Below, one piece after another: positions 9,311 to 18,631 of a stretch of DNA of 64,000 nucleotides. Numbering within the stretch: position 1 is the first letter of the stretch; the number at the start of each line of letters is the position of its first letter. Both the position numbers and the translations under genes were made by a program. The stretch is taken from contig OZ244188.1 of the NCBI GenBank assembly GCA_965216635.1, forward strand, positions 1,664,001 through 1,728,000, written 5' to 3'. The notes under the pieces are model-generated. The model was not told the origin of the DNA, did no database searches, and saw nothing but the letters and a program-made list of their open reading frames with translations. This stretch comes from a bacterium. GTDB lineage: Bacteria; SAR324; XYD2-FULL-50-16; G965216635.

Positions 9311-10330
9311 TTATCTAATAGGGGGGGAGTATAAAATACCACCTTTATTCCATAGTCTATTGATACCACGGCTTAGTCCAATAGGATTGATATTTCTATC
9401 AAAGCTTTCTTGGTAATTTCCAACTTGGGAAATAATGTTGTAAGCCCAGTCTGGATTTAGCCCAATATTTTGAGATAAATCTCCACTTTGTCCAAGTAAT
9501 CTCTGAATTTCAGGGTTTTCTGAATTGTCTCTTAGAGAAGCGACATTACTAGAATTGATACCAAGTTCTTCAGCTACAATCATAGCATTTAGAACCCATT
9601 TATTTAAGTTAAACCAGCCATCATCACCTTGTCTAACAGCAGGCCCTAAAGGCTCCTTAGAAATGGTATTTGGTAAAACCATATGTTCACTTGGATCAGC
9701 AAGTTTAGATTTTTGAGCAGCTAAAGCAGATCTATCAGTAGTATAAACATCACAACGACCTTTATCATAAGCAGCAACTACTTCATCTGCTTTTTCAAAT
9801 GCAATGAGTTGATGCTTTAGTTTGTTAGAAGTGAAGTAATCTGTAGCATTTAACTCAGTAGTGGTTCCAGTATTTGTACAAACAGAAGCTCCACCAAGTT
9901 CCAATCCATCTTTCACACCTAAAGATTTACGAACCATAAAGCCCTGTCCATCGTAATAATTCACTCCTACAAAGTTAATACCTAAAGAAGTATCTCTATC
10001 AAAAGTCCAAGTAGTGTTTCTAGATAAAATATCTATCTCACCACTAGACAATGCTGTAAAACGCACTTTAGCTGAAAGAGGTTTGAACTCTACTTTAGAA
10101 GAGTCTCCCAAAACTGCTGCAGCTACTGCGCGACAAAAATCCACATCCAATCCAGTCCATTGACCCTGATCGTCAGCATTAGAAAAACCAGGTAGGCCCT
10201 GAGATACACCACATTGCAATATACCTCTACTTTGTACTTCTTTAAGTGTTTTACTTCCGCCTTCATCTTTAGATCCGCAAGAAGCAAGAAGACCTAAAAC
10301 AGTCACCAATATCAATAATTTTCTTATCAT
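9311..10330 (-). CDS. aapJ: General L-amino acid ABC transporter substrate-binding lipoprotein (AapJ/BztA)
   Basis: Lipobox LASC; CGVSQGLPGFS, GLDVDFCRAVAAA, LSRNTTWT, ISKEPLGPAVRQGD. Confidence 0.94.
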   Translation of the reverse strand: MIRKLLILVTVLGLLASCGSKDEGGSKTLKEVQSRGILQCGVSQGLPGFSNADDQGQWTGLDVDFCRAVAAAVLGDSSKVEFKPLSAKVRFTALSSGEIDILSRNTTWTFDRDTSLGINFVGVNYYDGQGFMVRKSLGVKDGLELGGASVCTNTGTTTELNATDYFTSNKLKHQLIAFEKADEVVAAYDKGRCDVYTTDRSALAAQKSKLADPSEHMVLPNTISKEPLGPAVRQGDDGWFNLNKWVLNAMIVAEELGINSSNVASLRDNSENPEIQRLLGQSGDLSQNIGLNPDWAYNIISQVGNYQESFDRNINPIGLSRGINRLWNKGGILYSPPIR

Positions 10331-10369
10331 TTTTTTAAAAAATTAAGGTTAATAATAGAAATTAACGAC

Positions 10370-10398
10370 ATCCTACACAAAAACAAATATTTTGTCAA
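10370..10398 (-). promoter_or_regulatory. Sigma70-like promoter for aapJQMP
   Basis: Minus strand TTGACA-N17-TAGGAT, ending 40 nt upstream of the aapJ ATG. Confidence 0.55.
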
Positions 10399-10475
10399 GT
10401 ATTTTTTTGAGAATAATAACAATAATAAAAAAAATATTATTTTTACCTTGATAATACAAGGTTTATATGGGATAA

Positions 10476-10655
10476 AGACCTTTGAATTAGCGTTCTGTTT
10501 AGCCTATGCAGCGCTAAAAAAAAAATTTAATTCTTGCCATTTGTGAAGAAATGCTCTTCAGTATTCCTACAAACTAAAATTTTTTTCGCACTTTTCTAAC
10601 CATTTAGCTAGCCGTCACAGCTAGTTTTGTTCTATTTGGCAAATTCAAAGCTCTA
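10476..10655. mobile_element. Palindromic MITE-like element
   Basis: AGACCTTTGAATTAG ... CAAATTCAAAGCTCTA; shares internal modules with 4945-5099 (inverted) and 6629-6941. Confidence 0.75.
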
Positions 10656-10758
10656 TTGGTTTTAATCTTTAGGTATTTAGAAAAAATTTTAAGAGGGTCT
10701 GCTCTTTTTTCAATTTTAACAATAAAAGTAAAAAAAGTTTTATTTGCTGATTTATTCT

Positions 10759-10788
10759 CCCTCCCGAGTCCGAGCCACAAGGCTCGGG
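10759..10788. repeat. GC-rich hairpin repeat, copy 1 (degenerate direct copy at 11481-11510)
   Basis: CCCTCCCGAGTCCGAGCCACAAGGCTCGGG vs CCCTCCCAAATCCGAGCTACAAGGATCAG; hairpin CCGAGCC-ACAA-GGCTCGG. Confidence 0.6.
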
Positions 10789-10819
10789 CATCAATAGCCA
10801 ATAATTCTCAAAAAGACAC

Positions 10820-10848
10820 TTGACAAAACCGATCTTTTTTAGTATCAT
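10820..10848 (+). promoter_or_regulatory. Sigma70-like promoter, probably giving a leaderless mRNA
   Basis: TTGACA-N17-TATCAT; the ATG at 10855 starts 6 nt after the -10 box. Confidence 0.6.
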
Positions 10849-10854
10849 CATATT

Positions 10855-11085
10855 ATGAATGACAAAATTAAAGAAAAACTAGCTAATTTAAGACAATGGT
10901 TTTTATTGTTAATACTAGCAGTTTTTGGTATTGCTGGATGGATTTTTACTAATGAAGTAATCACTATAAAAACTTATATTGCTTATATTAGTGGTTTGTT
11001 TTTTTTGGTGATGGCTTTAGTCTTTCAAATAAAAATTATAAAAAACATAAATAAAATTAAAAATGGAAATAATAATAATAGCTAG
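10855..11085 (+). CDS. Small two-TM membrane protein, unknown function
   Basis: 76 aa with two hydrophobic segments (WFLLLILAVFGIAGWIF; AYISGLFFLVMALVF); strong promoter directly upstream. Confidence 0.7.
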   Translation: MNDKIKEKLANLRQWFLLLILAVFGIAGWIFTNEVITIKTYIAYISGLFFLVMALVFQIKIIKNINKIKNGNNNNS

Positions 11086-11137
11086 TTTACCTCTTGGTAT
11101 CTTTTTACTTGGGCTTTATGTGGCTATAAAACTATAA
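11063..11137 (+). CDS. Hydrophobic micropeptide MEIIIIASLPLGIFLLGLYVAIKL (24 aa)
   Basis: Overlaps the end of the 76-aa ORF; single TM-like helix. Confidence 0.5.
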   Translation: MEIIIIASLPLGIFLLGLYVAIKL

Positions 11138-11280
11138 GAAACTATTGAATTAGACATTCTAGTTCAGCTATACTGCGTTGCTCAAATTTTTTATCACTCA
11201 AAATACTTCAGTATTCCTCTTGGGTAAAAAATTTTTGCGCCTTGTCTAGCTTTCCTATAATGCTAAAGTTCAACAGTCTC
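11138..11280. mobile_element. Palindromic MITE-like element (variant termini)
   Basis: GAAACTATTGAATT ... GTTCAACAGTCTC; flanked by TATAA at 11133-11137 and 11281-11285; internal AATACTTCAGTATT hairpin. Confidence 0.75.
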
Positions 11281-11284
11281 TATA

Positions 11285-11368
11285 ATGTTTATGCTTATAC
11301 CATTTGGAATGGTTGCACTTCTTTTTGGATTTATAACTATTCATAGTTGTTTTTTTGATAACGACTAA
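11285..11368 (+). CDS. Hydrophobic micropeptide MFMLIPFGMVALLFGFITIHSCFFDND (27 aa)
   Basis: Removing the MITE and one TSD copy restores a TAATG stop/start overlap with the 24-aa ORF. Confidence 0.5.
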   Translation: MFMLIPFGMVALLFGFITIHSCFFDND

Positions 11369-11396
11369 ATTTATTAAAGTTATTAAGGAGTTATAA

Positions 11397-11468
11397 ATGT
11401 TTATACCTATTCCTTTTGGTATAATTGCTTTACTTTTAGGCTAGATGGTTTTTTATCCTTTAGACTAG
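11397..11468 (+). pseudogene. Paralogous micropeptide MFIPIPFGIIALLLG*MVFYPLD with an internal TAG (or a genuine 15-aa peptide)
   Basis: AAGGAG RBS 6 nt before the ATG; aligns with the 27-aa peptide (MF-x-x-IPFG-x-x-ALL-x-G). Confidence 0.4.
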
Positions 11469-11586
11469 TTTTTTTCCTTTCCCCTCCCAAATCCGAGCTA
11501 CAAGGATCAGATAATTCTTTTTTTAAAAAAAATATCCCCTACAACGCCGCATAGACTAAACCAGATAAGCTATTGTTAAAGAGTAT

Positions 11587-13833
11587 TCACAGATTCTTTG
11601 AGGCAAGCAATTTCTTAGTAGCCTTAACTCTAATAATAGCATCCTTTTTTTCTGGAGTATTTTCTTTAGTATTGGCAACGAATTGGTAGTGTTTTAATGC
11701 AAACTGCCAATTTTCCTGAGAACGATAAATTTTTCCTAGCCTATAGTGTATCAGTCGGTACCACTTATTTTCTATTGTAGTTAGCTCTGCTGTAGCTGTT
11801 AAAATTTGAATTGCTTTTGCTAGTTGATTTTGTACTATCTCAATTTCTGCTAAAAGATAATTTGCCTCAAAATAAAAATTCATTTCCCTTATAGATACTT
11901 GGTGGGTTAACTCTTTTTGTGATTTTTTTGCAATTTCTAAATTTTTCACCATTTCTAATAGCCGATTTTTAGCTTGAGCGGGTTGGTTATCTTGAAAATA
12001 ATATTTTGCGATAGTTAGTTTAAGAGCAACTTGATTTTCTGGTGGAATGATTTCTAAAAGCTGTTCGTAAATCTTCGCTATTTTGGAATATTCTTTTTTG
12101 CTTTTGTGAATGAGAATTATTTTTTGTGCTAGTCTTATTTTCTGCGCTTTGTCCTGTACTAAATCAAAAGCGTTGTAGTAGCTCGCTTGAGGATCTTGCT
12201 CTAATTCCATTTGAGAGATAGCTAGAAATTCCCAATTTCTCCAGTCTTTGGGTGTTTGATCTTTAGTTGAAAAATATTTTTCCTGTTTTTGAGCGAACTT
12301 TTCCCATTCTTTAGCGTAATAATAATAAAGTAGGCTATTTTGCTCTATTTGTTTTTGCTCTGTTTCACTAAAAACCAAGTCAAAAATTTTAGTATCTTTT
12401 GCAAAAGATTGAAGCCTTTGAAAAAATTGCGAGTTCTCTTTTTCTTTTTTTAAGTTTCCCAGTGCTTGAGAAATAAAAGCTGAAGTGGACAGCGTTATTT
12501 CTTTGAAGTGAAAAGGTATTTTTTTAAAATAAGAAAAAGATTTTTGCCAATGGTTTAGATTAAGGTAACATTTTCCTGCAAAAAAATTTTCTTTCGCTTG
12601 CGTGATTTCATCCAATTTCAAAAAACTAAACTCGTTATCCACAAAAAGTTTCGCAACCAAATTACAATTTTTATTCTTTTGATAAAATTCTATAACCTGT
12701 AGGCTCAATTCCTGTTTATCTTTTAAATAATCTTGCAATTCTATTGCTTGGATAAAAATCTTTTCCGTTTGTGTTTTTGCGCTACGATATTTAGGCAGTT
12801 GCAATAGCTGGATATAGTTAAAAACAAGATTTTTGTTTTTAAAATACGCACCATTTTTTAAAAGTAGATTGTATTCTTCCAAAGATTCTGAATATTTTTT
12901 CTGGCTTGCATAAATATTTGCCAAGTAAAGACGACTATGGAAGATACTTTGCCAAGGATTATTAGATTTGTGTTTTGTAAGATAAATTTCTGCTTCTTTT
13001 CGCAATTTTTCTGTTACCTGTTCTGGATGCTGATTGAATTCAGAAAGAGAATTTTTGTATAGGGCTTCGCCTATAAAAAAATCTAAGTAAATCAATAAAG
13101 GCTTTTCTTTGAAATTTGTGGAATAAAGAGTAAAGAAAAAATACTTTTCTAAAGCAATTTGGGGCTTTTTATTTTTAAAATCTCGCTCTGCTAAAAACCG
13201 CACTAAAGCTAGTTTTTGTATGTTTTGTAGAGAATTTTTATCTAAAATTTTGATAAATTCTTTGAAAGAAATATTTTTTTTTTGTAGAAGTGATAAAAAT
13301 TTTCTTTGGTTTTTACTAAAAAACTTTCGCGGAGTTTTTTGTAAAATTCGTCTGACTCTGTCTATATCACCTTGAAAAATGGCAATAAGTATTTGGTAAT
13401 AGGATGCCTGTATTCTTATAGATTCGGATTCTTTGCTAGATTCAAAACTGTCTTTTTGAATAAATTCAAAAAAACTATTGCTTAAGTTTAGTTGGTGTAA
13501 AAAAAAATAATTTTTTGCTTGCGTAAAAAAAATATGCTCCTGATCTTTTGGGTTGAATAGATGGAGTGGAATTTTACTCAGACTTTTTTGGGATTCTTGA
13601 TGTTTTTGAATTTTAAAAAAAGTATGTCCTTGAAAAAAAAAACTTTTTTTCAAAAGAAGGCTATGCTGGTAGTTTTTTTCTAACCAATCTATTTCTAACA
13701 AAACCAGACGGTAGAGTTTATCTTCGTAAAGTTTTTGAATAAGCTCTAAACTTTTTGTTTCCTGTAGACTAGGAATAGCAAACAAAGAAGAGCTAAAGAA
13801 AAAAATAAAAATGGATAGTATAAGTTTTCTCAT
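11587..13833 (-). CDS. Exported tetratricopeptide-repeat protein
   Basis: Signal peptide (SSSLFA); repeated TPR-like helices (LYLANIYASQKKYSESLEEY, HYRLGKIYRSQENWQFALKHY). Confidence 0.75.
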   Translation of the reverse strand: MRKLILSIFIFFFSSSLFAIPSLQETKSLELIQKLYEDKLYRLVLLEIDWLEKNYQHSLLLKKSFFFQGHTFFKIQKHQESQKSLSKIPLHLFNPKDQEHIFFTQAKNYFFLHQLNLSNSFFEFIQKDSFESSKESESIRIQASYYQILIAIFQGDIDRVRRILQKTPRKFFSKNQRKFLSLLQKKNISFKEFIKILDKNSLQNIQKLALVRFLAERDFKNKKPQIALEKYFFFTLYSTNFKEKPLLIYLDFFIGEALYKNSLSEFNQHPEQVTEKLRKEAEIYLTKHKSNNPWQSIFHSRLYLANIYASQKKYSESLEEYNLLLKNGAYFKNKNLVFNYIQLLQLPKYRSAKTQTEKIFIQAIELQDYLKDKQELSLQVIEFYQKNKNCNLVAKLFVDNEFSFLKLDEITQAKENFFAGKCYLNLNHWQKSFSYFKKIPFHFKEITLSTSAFISQALGNLKKEKENSQFFQRLQSFAKDTKIFDLVFSETEQKQIEQNSLLYYYYAKEWEKFAQKQEKYFSTKDQTPKDWRNWEFLAISQMELEQDPQASYYNAFDLVQDKAQKIRLAQKIILIHKSKKEYSKIAKIYEQLLEIIPPENQVALKLTIAKYYFQDNQPAQAKNRLLEMVKNLEIAKKSQKELTHQVSIREMNFYFEANYLLAEIEIVQNQLAKAIQILTATAELTTIENKWYRLIHYRLGKIYRSQENWQFALKHYQFVANTKENTPEKKDAIIRVKATKKLLASKNL

Positions 13834-13840
13834 ATATTTT

Positions 13841-15028
13841 TTAAAACTCCCCCCTAGTTCCTAACTCAAAAATCGGAAGATAAACAGCCAAAAAAATTAA
13901 AAGAATAACACAAGAAGCAATCAAAATAATTACCGAATGCAAAATTCTCCCTATCCATTTTGTTTTAGATTCAAATTTTTGCTGCCAAAATTTATAGATA
14001 TTTACAAAGCCCACTTCTAAGTCTCCCGATTTTTCTGCTATGTTTAAAAAAAGAGAAAATTCCTTCCAATAAAAATTTACTTTTTTACAGGCTTCACTAA
14101 AGGCTTCTCCTTTGTGAAGCGAGGCGATAATTTTTTGCAGTTTATTTTTATTTTCTTTTGCAAGCATACTGGAGACTATTCTTAAACTAGAATCCAAAGG
14201 CATGGCTTGACTCAACAAAATACTCATAGAGTAGGCGAACAAAAAGGGGTCTAGTAGATGCTGTCTTAACCTCGCTACAACATAATGCACTAGGTTTAAG
14301 GGATTGAGCCAGTGAATAGAACTGTACTTTTTCAATAACAATAGTATAACTAGAATACTGAGCATCGCTAGATAATTACTTCGCAAACCATCAGACAACC
14401 AAACAGCAATTTTAGTCAAAACAGGTAAATCAGTCCCATAAATACGATAAATTCCTTGAAACAAAGGAATGAGTGCAAAAAGCACTAACAAAACTAAAGC
14501 AAAGGTAAATCCTAAAACAAACAAAGGATAGTTGATAATTTCTTGCAATTTTTTCCTGCGTAGCTCCATTTTTTCGTAAAAATCTAAACAATCTTGTAAG
14601 CCTTTTTCTAGATTTCCTCCAGCCTGAGCGAGTCTAACCATAGAAAGAAAAAAAGCGGGGAAATTTTTGCTTAAAACTGCAAATGAATCTTTTAAACTCT
14701 CTCCCCTATGAAGTCTGTAATGTAGTAGACAGCAAATATATCGCAAAAGCGGACTTTTGAATTGTCCAAATAATTCGGCTAGTGCTTCTTGGAAAGAAAT
14801 GCCTGTTCTTAAAAAAGAAAGCATACTTTGAATGAAAAAAATCAATTCTGTTGTGGAGATCTCTTTGTGGCGAACCGCAGCGGGAATGTTTTCTATTCTG
14901 GACTGTGCAATTCCTTGCTGATTTAAAAATTGCCTGATTTTTTTTTGATTATGGCTGAGCTGGTAACCAAATTCTCTTTTGTAAGAGTAAAGATTGATTC
15001 CTTGCCAAATATAAAATTTTTGAAACAT
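13841..15028 (-). CDS. Type II secretion / type IV pilus platform protein (GspF/PilC family)
   Basis: Two T2SSF domains (FLRTGISFQEAL...GESLKDSF...GGNLE; AEKSGDLE), YPLFVL TM segment, C-terminal AVYLPIFEL. Confidence 0.85.
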   Translation of the reverse strand: MFQKFYIWQGINLYSYKREFGYQLSHNQKKIRQFLNQQGIAQSRIENIPAAVRHKEISTTELIFFIQSMLSFLRTGISFQEALAELFGQFKSPLLRYICCLLHYRLHRGESLKDSFAVLSKNFPAFFLSMVRLAQAGGNLEKGLQDCLDFYEKMELRRKKLQEIINYPLFVLGFTFALVLLVLFALIPLFQGIYRIYGTDLPVLTKIAVWLSDGLRSNYLAMLSILVILLLLKKYSSIHWLNPLNLVHYVVARLRQHLLDPFLFAYSMSILLSQAMPLDSSLRIVSSMLAKENKNKLQKIIASLHKGEAFSEACKKVNFYWKEFSLFLNIAEKSGDLEVGFVNIYKFWQQKFESKTKWIGRILHSVIILIASCVILLIFLAVYLPIFELGTRGEF

Positions 15029-15158
15029 TTTTTTGTTTTCTGATATTAGTTTCTTAATTTAAACGACGAATACCACAATCTAAATATATCCTTAAACTAT
15101 GGAAAAACAAAGAAAAAGCATTTTTTGTGTGTTTTTTTTAAATGTATTATTTTTTTTC

Positions 15159-15187
15159 TTGACAGTTTATTTTAAAAAAGTTATAAA
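15159..15187 (+). promoter_or_regulatory. Sigma70-like promoter for the lipoprotein operon
   Basis: TTGACA-N17-TATAAA, 43 nt before the ATG at 15231. Confidence 0.55.
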
Positions 15188-15230
15188 GGTCTTTTGTTTT
15201 ATCCTAATTATAACTAATTTATTTTAAACT

Positions 15231-15809
15231 ATGAAAAAATATATGATTTTCCTATTTGTTGTAGGAATTTTGACTGCTTGTGGCAGTAAAAAAGTTGAAG
15301 TTGATCCAGAACCAACAGGCGTTGGTTTAGAAGAATACCCAGCTTGGGTGATTGATCCAAAAATAGAAGGAGGCATTGCAGCAAGTGAGTGTATCCCTTG
15401 GTCTGGTAATCTTTCTATTGATAAAGCCCAAGTAACAGCTCAAGCAAGAGCTACCCTAGCCAAACAATTAGAGGTTCGTGTGTCTGTTTTAGATAAAACC
15501 TATATTGAAAGAACAGATGCAGCAGGAAAAACTGTTACTGGTAGTTCTTTTTCTTCTGTATCTAAACAGCTAACAGACCAACATTTGAGAGGCTCTCGTT
15601 TATCTAAAATATCTAATGTTCCTATAGACGGCGTAAGGAATCTTTGTGGTATGATTACTATAGATCCTAAGAGAACTGAAGAAATATTCCAAGAAATTTT
15701 GGATGCTTCTAACAGACCTGTGTCTGCTCAAGATAAGGATATTCTTTATCAAGAATTCAAAGCCTATAAGGCTCAACAAGATTTAGATAAAGCTCTTGAG
15801 CAAAACTAG
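15231..15809 (+). CDS. LPP20-family lipoprotein
   Basis: Lipobox LTAC; PAWV motif; ARATLAKQLEVRV. Confidence 0.8.
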   Translation: MKKYMIFLFVVGILTACGSKKVEVDPEPTGVGLEEYPAWVIDPKIEGGIAASECIPWSGNLSIDKAQVTAQARATLAKQLEVRVSVLDKTYIERTDAAGKTVTGSSFSSVSKQLTDQHLRGSRLSKISNVPIDGVRNLCGMITIDPKRTEEIFQEILDASNRPVSAQDKDILYQEFKAYKAQQDLDKALEQN

Positions 15810-15829
15810 ATTGCCGGATTCTAACTAAA

Positions 15830-16576
15830 TTGCGAAAAACAGTGAAAAAAGTATTTCTTTTTGTTGTTTTTGCCTTAGGTTGCGCTACTTTGAGTAGCGC
15901 ACAAGACAATTGGGGAGAACGAAATAGCTCTTTAGGTAAAGTTTTAGAGAAATTGGTTAACATAGTAGATAGTTTATCTGGTATTGTAGCCGATAAAGAT
16001 GCTGATAAAGATGCTGGTATTTTTGTGGGAACTTCTTATTCTAATGGCAGCATCTCTGTAGTAAAAGAATTAAGACCTAGAGACTCTAGTATTGAATGTG
16101 AAGAAGAATGCTCTAAAGAAACAACAAGAAAAAGTTTTGGAATAAAACCTAGTATAGGTTTTAGAATAGGCTGGCAGTTTGAGGATTACGTTGGCCAAGT
16201 AGCTTTGGCTTCTCACCAATGGCAGACTGAAATAGGTGAAGTGCAAAATCACATGCTAATCTATTATTTTATATATAATGGTTTCTTTGCAGGAGTAGGT
16301 CTTGGTTTAGTTAGGTTTGATTCTACAGCAGCAGGTAGTGATGGTTATCCATCAAGTAGTGCGGTTGTAGGGGGTCTTGAATTGGGCTACCAAGTAGCTT
16401 TGGGGGATTTGCAATTTTCTATTGGTGGTTATTTACACACTAGTTTAAGCCCGCATAGCGAAGAAACAGAAGAAAGCATATATTTATGCAATGATGGTTG
16501 CGAACACCATGAAGCAATGGTTGAAAGTTCCGTGGATTTTTTAGGGTTTTTCCTAAATTTAGAAATTGCTTTTTAA
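15830..16576 (+). CDS. Outer-membrane beta-barrel protein; short-loop member of the family at 26271, 31673, 61971 and 63503
   Basis: Signal peptide; strands GIFVGTSY, GFRIGWQF, HQW, GFFAGVGLG, GLELGYQ; terminal FLNLEIAF. Confidence 0.7.
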   Translation: MRKTVKKVFLFVVFALGCATLSSAQDNWGERNSSLGKVLEKLVNIVDSLSGIVADKDADKDAGIFVGTSYSNGSISVVKELRPRDSSIECEEECSKETTRKSFGIKPSIGFRIGWQFEDYVGQVALASHQWQTEIGEVQNHMLIYYFIYNGFFAGVGLGLVRFDSTAAGSDGYPSSSAVVGGLELGYQVALGDLQFSIGGYLHTSLSPHSEETEESIYLCNDGCEHHEAMVESSVDFLGFFLNLEIAF

Positions 16577-16589
16577 TACTTATAATAAA

Positions 16590-17591
16590 ATGAAAAATAA
16601 AGTCATAAACTCTATTTTTGCTGTTTTAGTAATATTTCTATTGATCAGCTGTGCTACAGTAGTTAAAAATTTTGACTCTTATCAAAATGCTGGAGCGTCT
16701 CGTTCTCCTAATGCTCCTTCTGGAGATGAAATCCAAACAAACCAAATAAAAATAGTACTTTACGGGATAGAAAACCAAAATGGTGGCAAAAAATCTAGTC
16801 TAAGCAGATTGCTATCCAGCAATATTCAAAAATTGCTTACACAAACCAATGTGAAAATTATAGATAGATCTGTCTTAGAAACATTCAGCGAAGAGGCTAT
16901 TTTAGCTCAAACCAAGAGCGGAAATGAGGGAAGTTCCGCTGCCGCTGCCGCTGATTATGCCATCAAAGGAAATATTAGTGGCAACACTTCTTCTTCCTTT
17001 AAAGAAGGATACTATACCTACGAAGAAGGCTACACGCTAGAGGACGGCACAGAAGTGCCCGCCAAAGCAGTCTACCATTCTCCTGTTTGTAAATACAACG
17101 CAAGTATATCAGGACAATTTGAAATTTATAGACTTCCCGATTTAAAACAAACATTGGCAATACCTTTGCGAGGCAGTAGCTTTGTGAACAGAGATCAAAA
17201 TGCACCTTGCAGCGACACAACCATCCAGAAAAGACTGCTAGCTGCTGCAGTAGACAGAGCTATCACTACCACACACCGCAGAAGAGTTCTAAACGAATTT
17301 GCAGCAAAAGGTTATGTTAAAGAGTTAAGAAAACATATAAAAAAAGACAAGTATATCGTTCATATAACTTTAGGAAGAAATCACGGAGTAAAGCAAGAGT
17401 CAAAAATAGACATCTTTAAAACTCTATTTGTTATAGATCAACTCTCACAAAAAGAGAAGATACAAAATAAAAAAATTGCTGAGGCAGTGATTTCTAATCT
17501 TGTAGAGAGTGATTCTGCTTGGGGTGTAATTAAAGATAAAGAACAGGCGAAAAAAATATCTATCGGAGATGTAGTGAAAGTTCGCTATTAA
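16590..17591 (+). CDS. Lipoprotein with CsgG-like N-domain and FlgT-C-like C-domain
   Basis: Lipobox LISC (start taken as ATG 16590); KIIDRS...ADYAIKGNI; ITLGRNHGVK...IGDVV C-terminus. Confidence 0.6.
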   Translation: MKNKVINSIFAVLVIFLLISCATVVKNFDSYQNAGASRSPNAPSGDEIQTNQIKIVLYGIENQNGGKKSSLSRLLSSNIQKLLTQTNVKIIDRSVLETFSEEAILAQTKSGNEGSSAAAAADYAIKGNISGNTSSSFKEGYYTYEEGYTLEDGTEVPAKAVYHSPVCKYNASISGQFEIYRLPDLKQTLAIPLRGSSFVNRDQNAPCSDTTIQKRLLAAAVDRAITTTHRRRVLNEFAAKGYVKELRKHIKKDKYIVHITLGRNHGVKQESKIDIFKTLFVIDQLSQKEKIQNKKIAEAVISNLVESDSAWGVIKDKEQAKKISIGDVVKVRY

Positions 17592-17604
17592 TACTTAAAA
17601 AATT

Positions 17605-18624
17605 ATGTTACAAAAATATTTCTATCTATGGATTACTATCCTTTTCTTACTATTTTATGGTTGTGGTAGTAAAGAAGTAGCGAAACCTGAAACTACTACC
17701 ATTCCCGATTGGTATTTACAGCCTGCAAAATATATCCCCGCCAACTTACTCTATGGAGCTGGAACTGGTGCATCACCAGAAGGAGCGAAAAAAAGGGCTC
17801 TGCAAAATATGAGCTATAACCTGCAACTTCAAGTGCAAGCCTCTAGCACCAACCGTAGCCTTTCCAAAAGAGACGGAAGTAAAGTCACCACAAGTTCTTC
17901 TTTGACAGAAGAGATAAAATTACGATCCAAAAAAATAAACTTCCCCAATGTGCAAGATCGCAAAGTAGAACAGATTGGTAACCAATACTACGCTGTGCTA
18001 GTCACGGAGTATGCTGATTTGATTGCTGATAATAGAAAAAAATTAAGCAAAAACATTCCTCTGCTAGAAGATGCCTTACAAGAATTACCATCCCAAAGTG
18101 CTTTAGAAAAGGTCGTAATATTAACATCAGCTCAGGATTCTTTTCTCACAGCAAGTGATTCTTTAGAAAATTTAGAAATTCTAGCTTTAGTCTATAGAGC
18201 GTCTGGTATTAGCTCTGCCTATCTCAAAGGGCAGTTTGAGTTTTTGCGAAACTATTCTAAAAGAGAAAAAAATGCTAAAAGATCCATTATTTTTCAAGTT
18301 TCAGGCTCCAATCAATGGCAAACAGCAAAAAAAGTCGTTGCTACAAATTTACAAAAACAGGATTATAAGACTGGCGCCAATTATAATGCAATTATTAGAG
18401 TCAGCGGAACAGAAGAGCTAACCTCTCTTTTTGAGGGTAAAATAAAGCAGTCAAAAATTGCTTTGCTGATAGAATTGCAAGGGCTAGATAGAAGAATTTT
18501 TAAATCTAAATCCTTCTCTCTGAAAGCCACTTCGCTAAAATCTGCTGGTGAGGCTTCTAGAAAATCCCAAAATTCTTTGGCAGAAGAAATTCAAGAAGGA
18601 ATTTTTAAAGTTCTAGGTTTATAG
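17605..18624 (+). CDS. LPP20-family lipoprotein
   Basis: Lipobox FYGC; IPDWY; LYGAGTG...AKKRALQNM. Confidence 0.75.
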   Translation: MLQKYFYLWITILFLLFYGCGSKEVAKPETTTIPDWYLQPAKYIPANLLYGAGTGASPEGAKKRALQNMSYNLQLQVQASSTNRSLSKRDGSKVTTSSSLTEEIKLRSKKINFPNVQDRKVEQIGNQYYAVLVTEYADLIADNRKKLSKNIPLLEDALQELPSQSALEKVVILTSAQDSFLTASDSLENLEILALVYRASGISSAYLKGQFEFLRNYSKREKNAKRSIIFQVSGSNQWQTAKKVVATNLQKQDYKTGANYNAIIRVSGTEELTSLFEGKIKQSKIALLIELQGLDRRIFKSKSFSLKATSLKSAGEASRKSQNSLAEEIQEGIFKVLGL

Positions 18625-18631
18625 GGAACAA

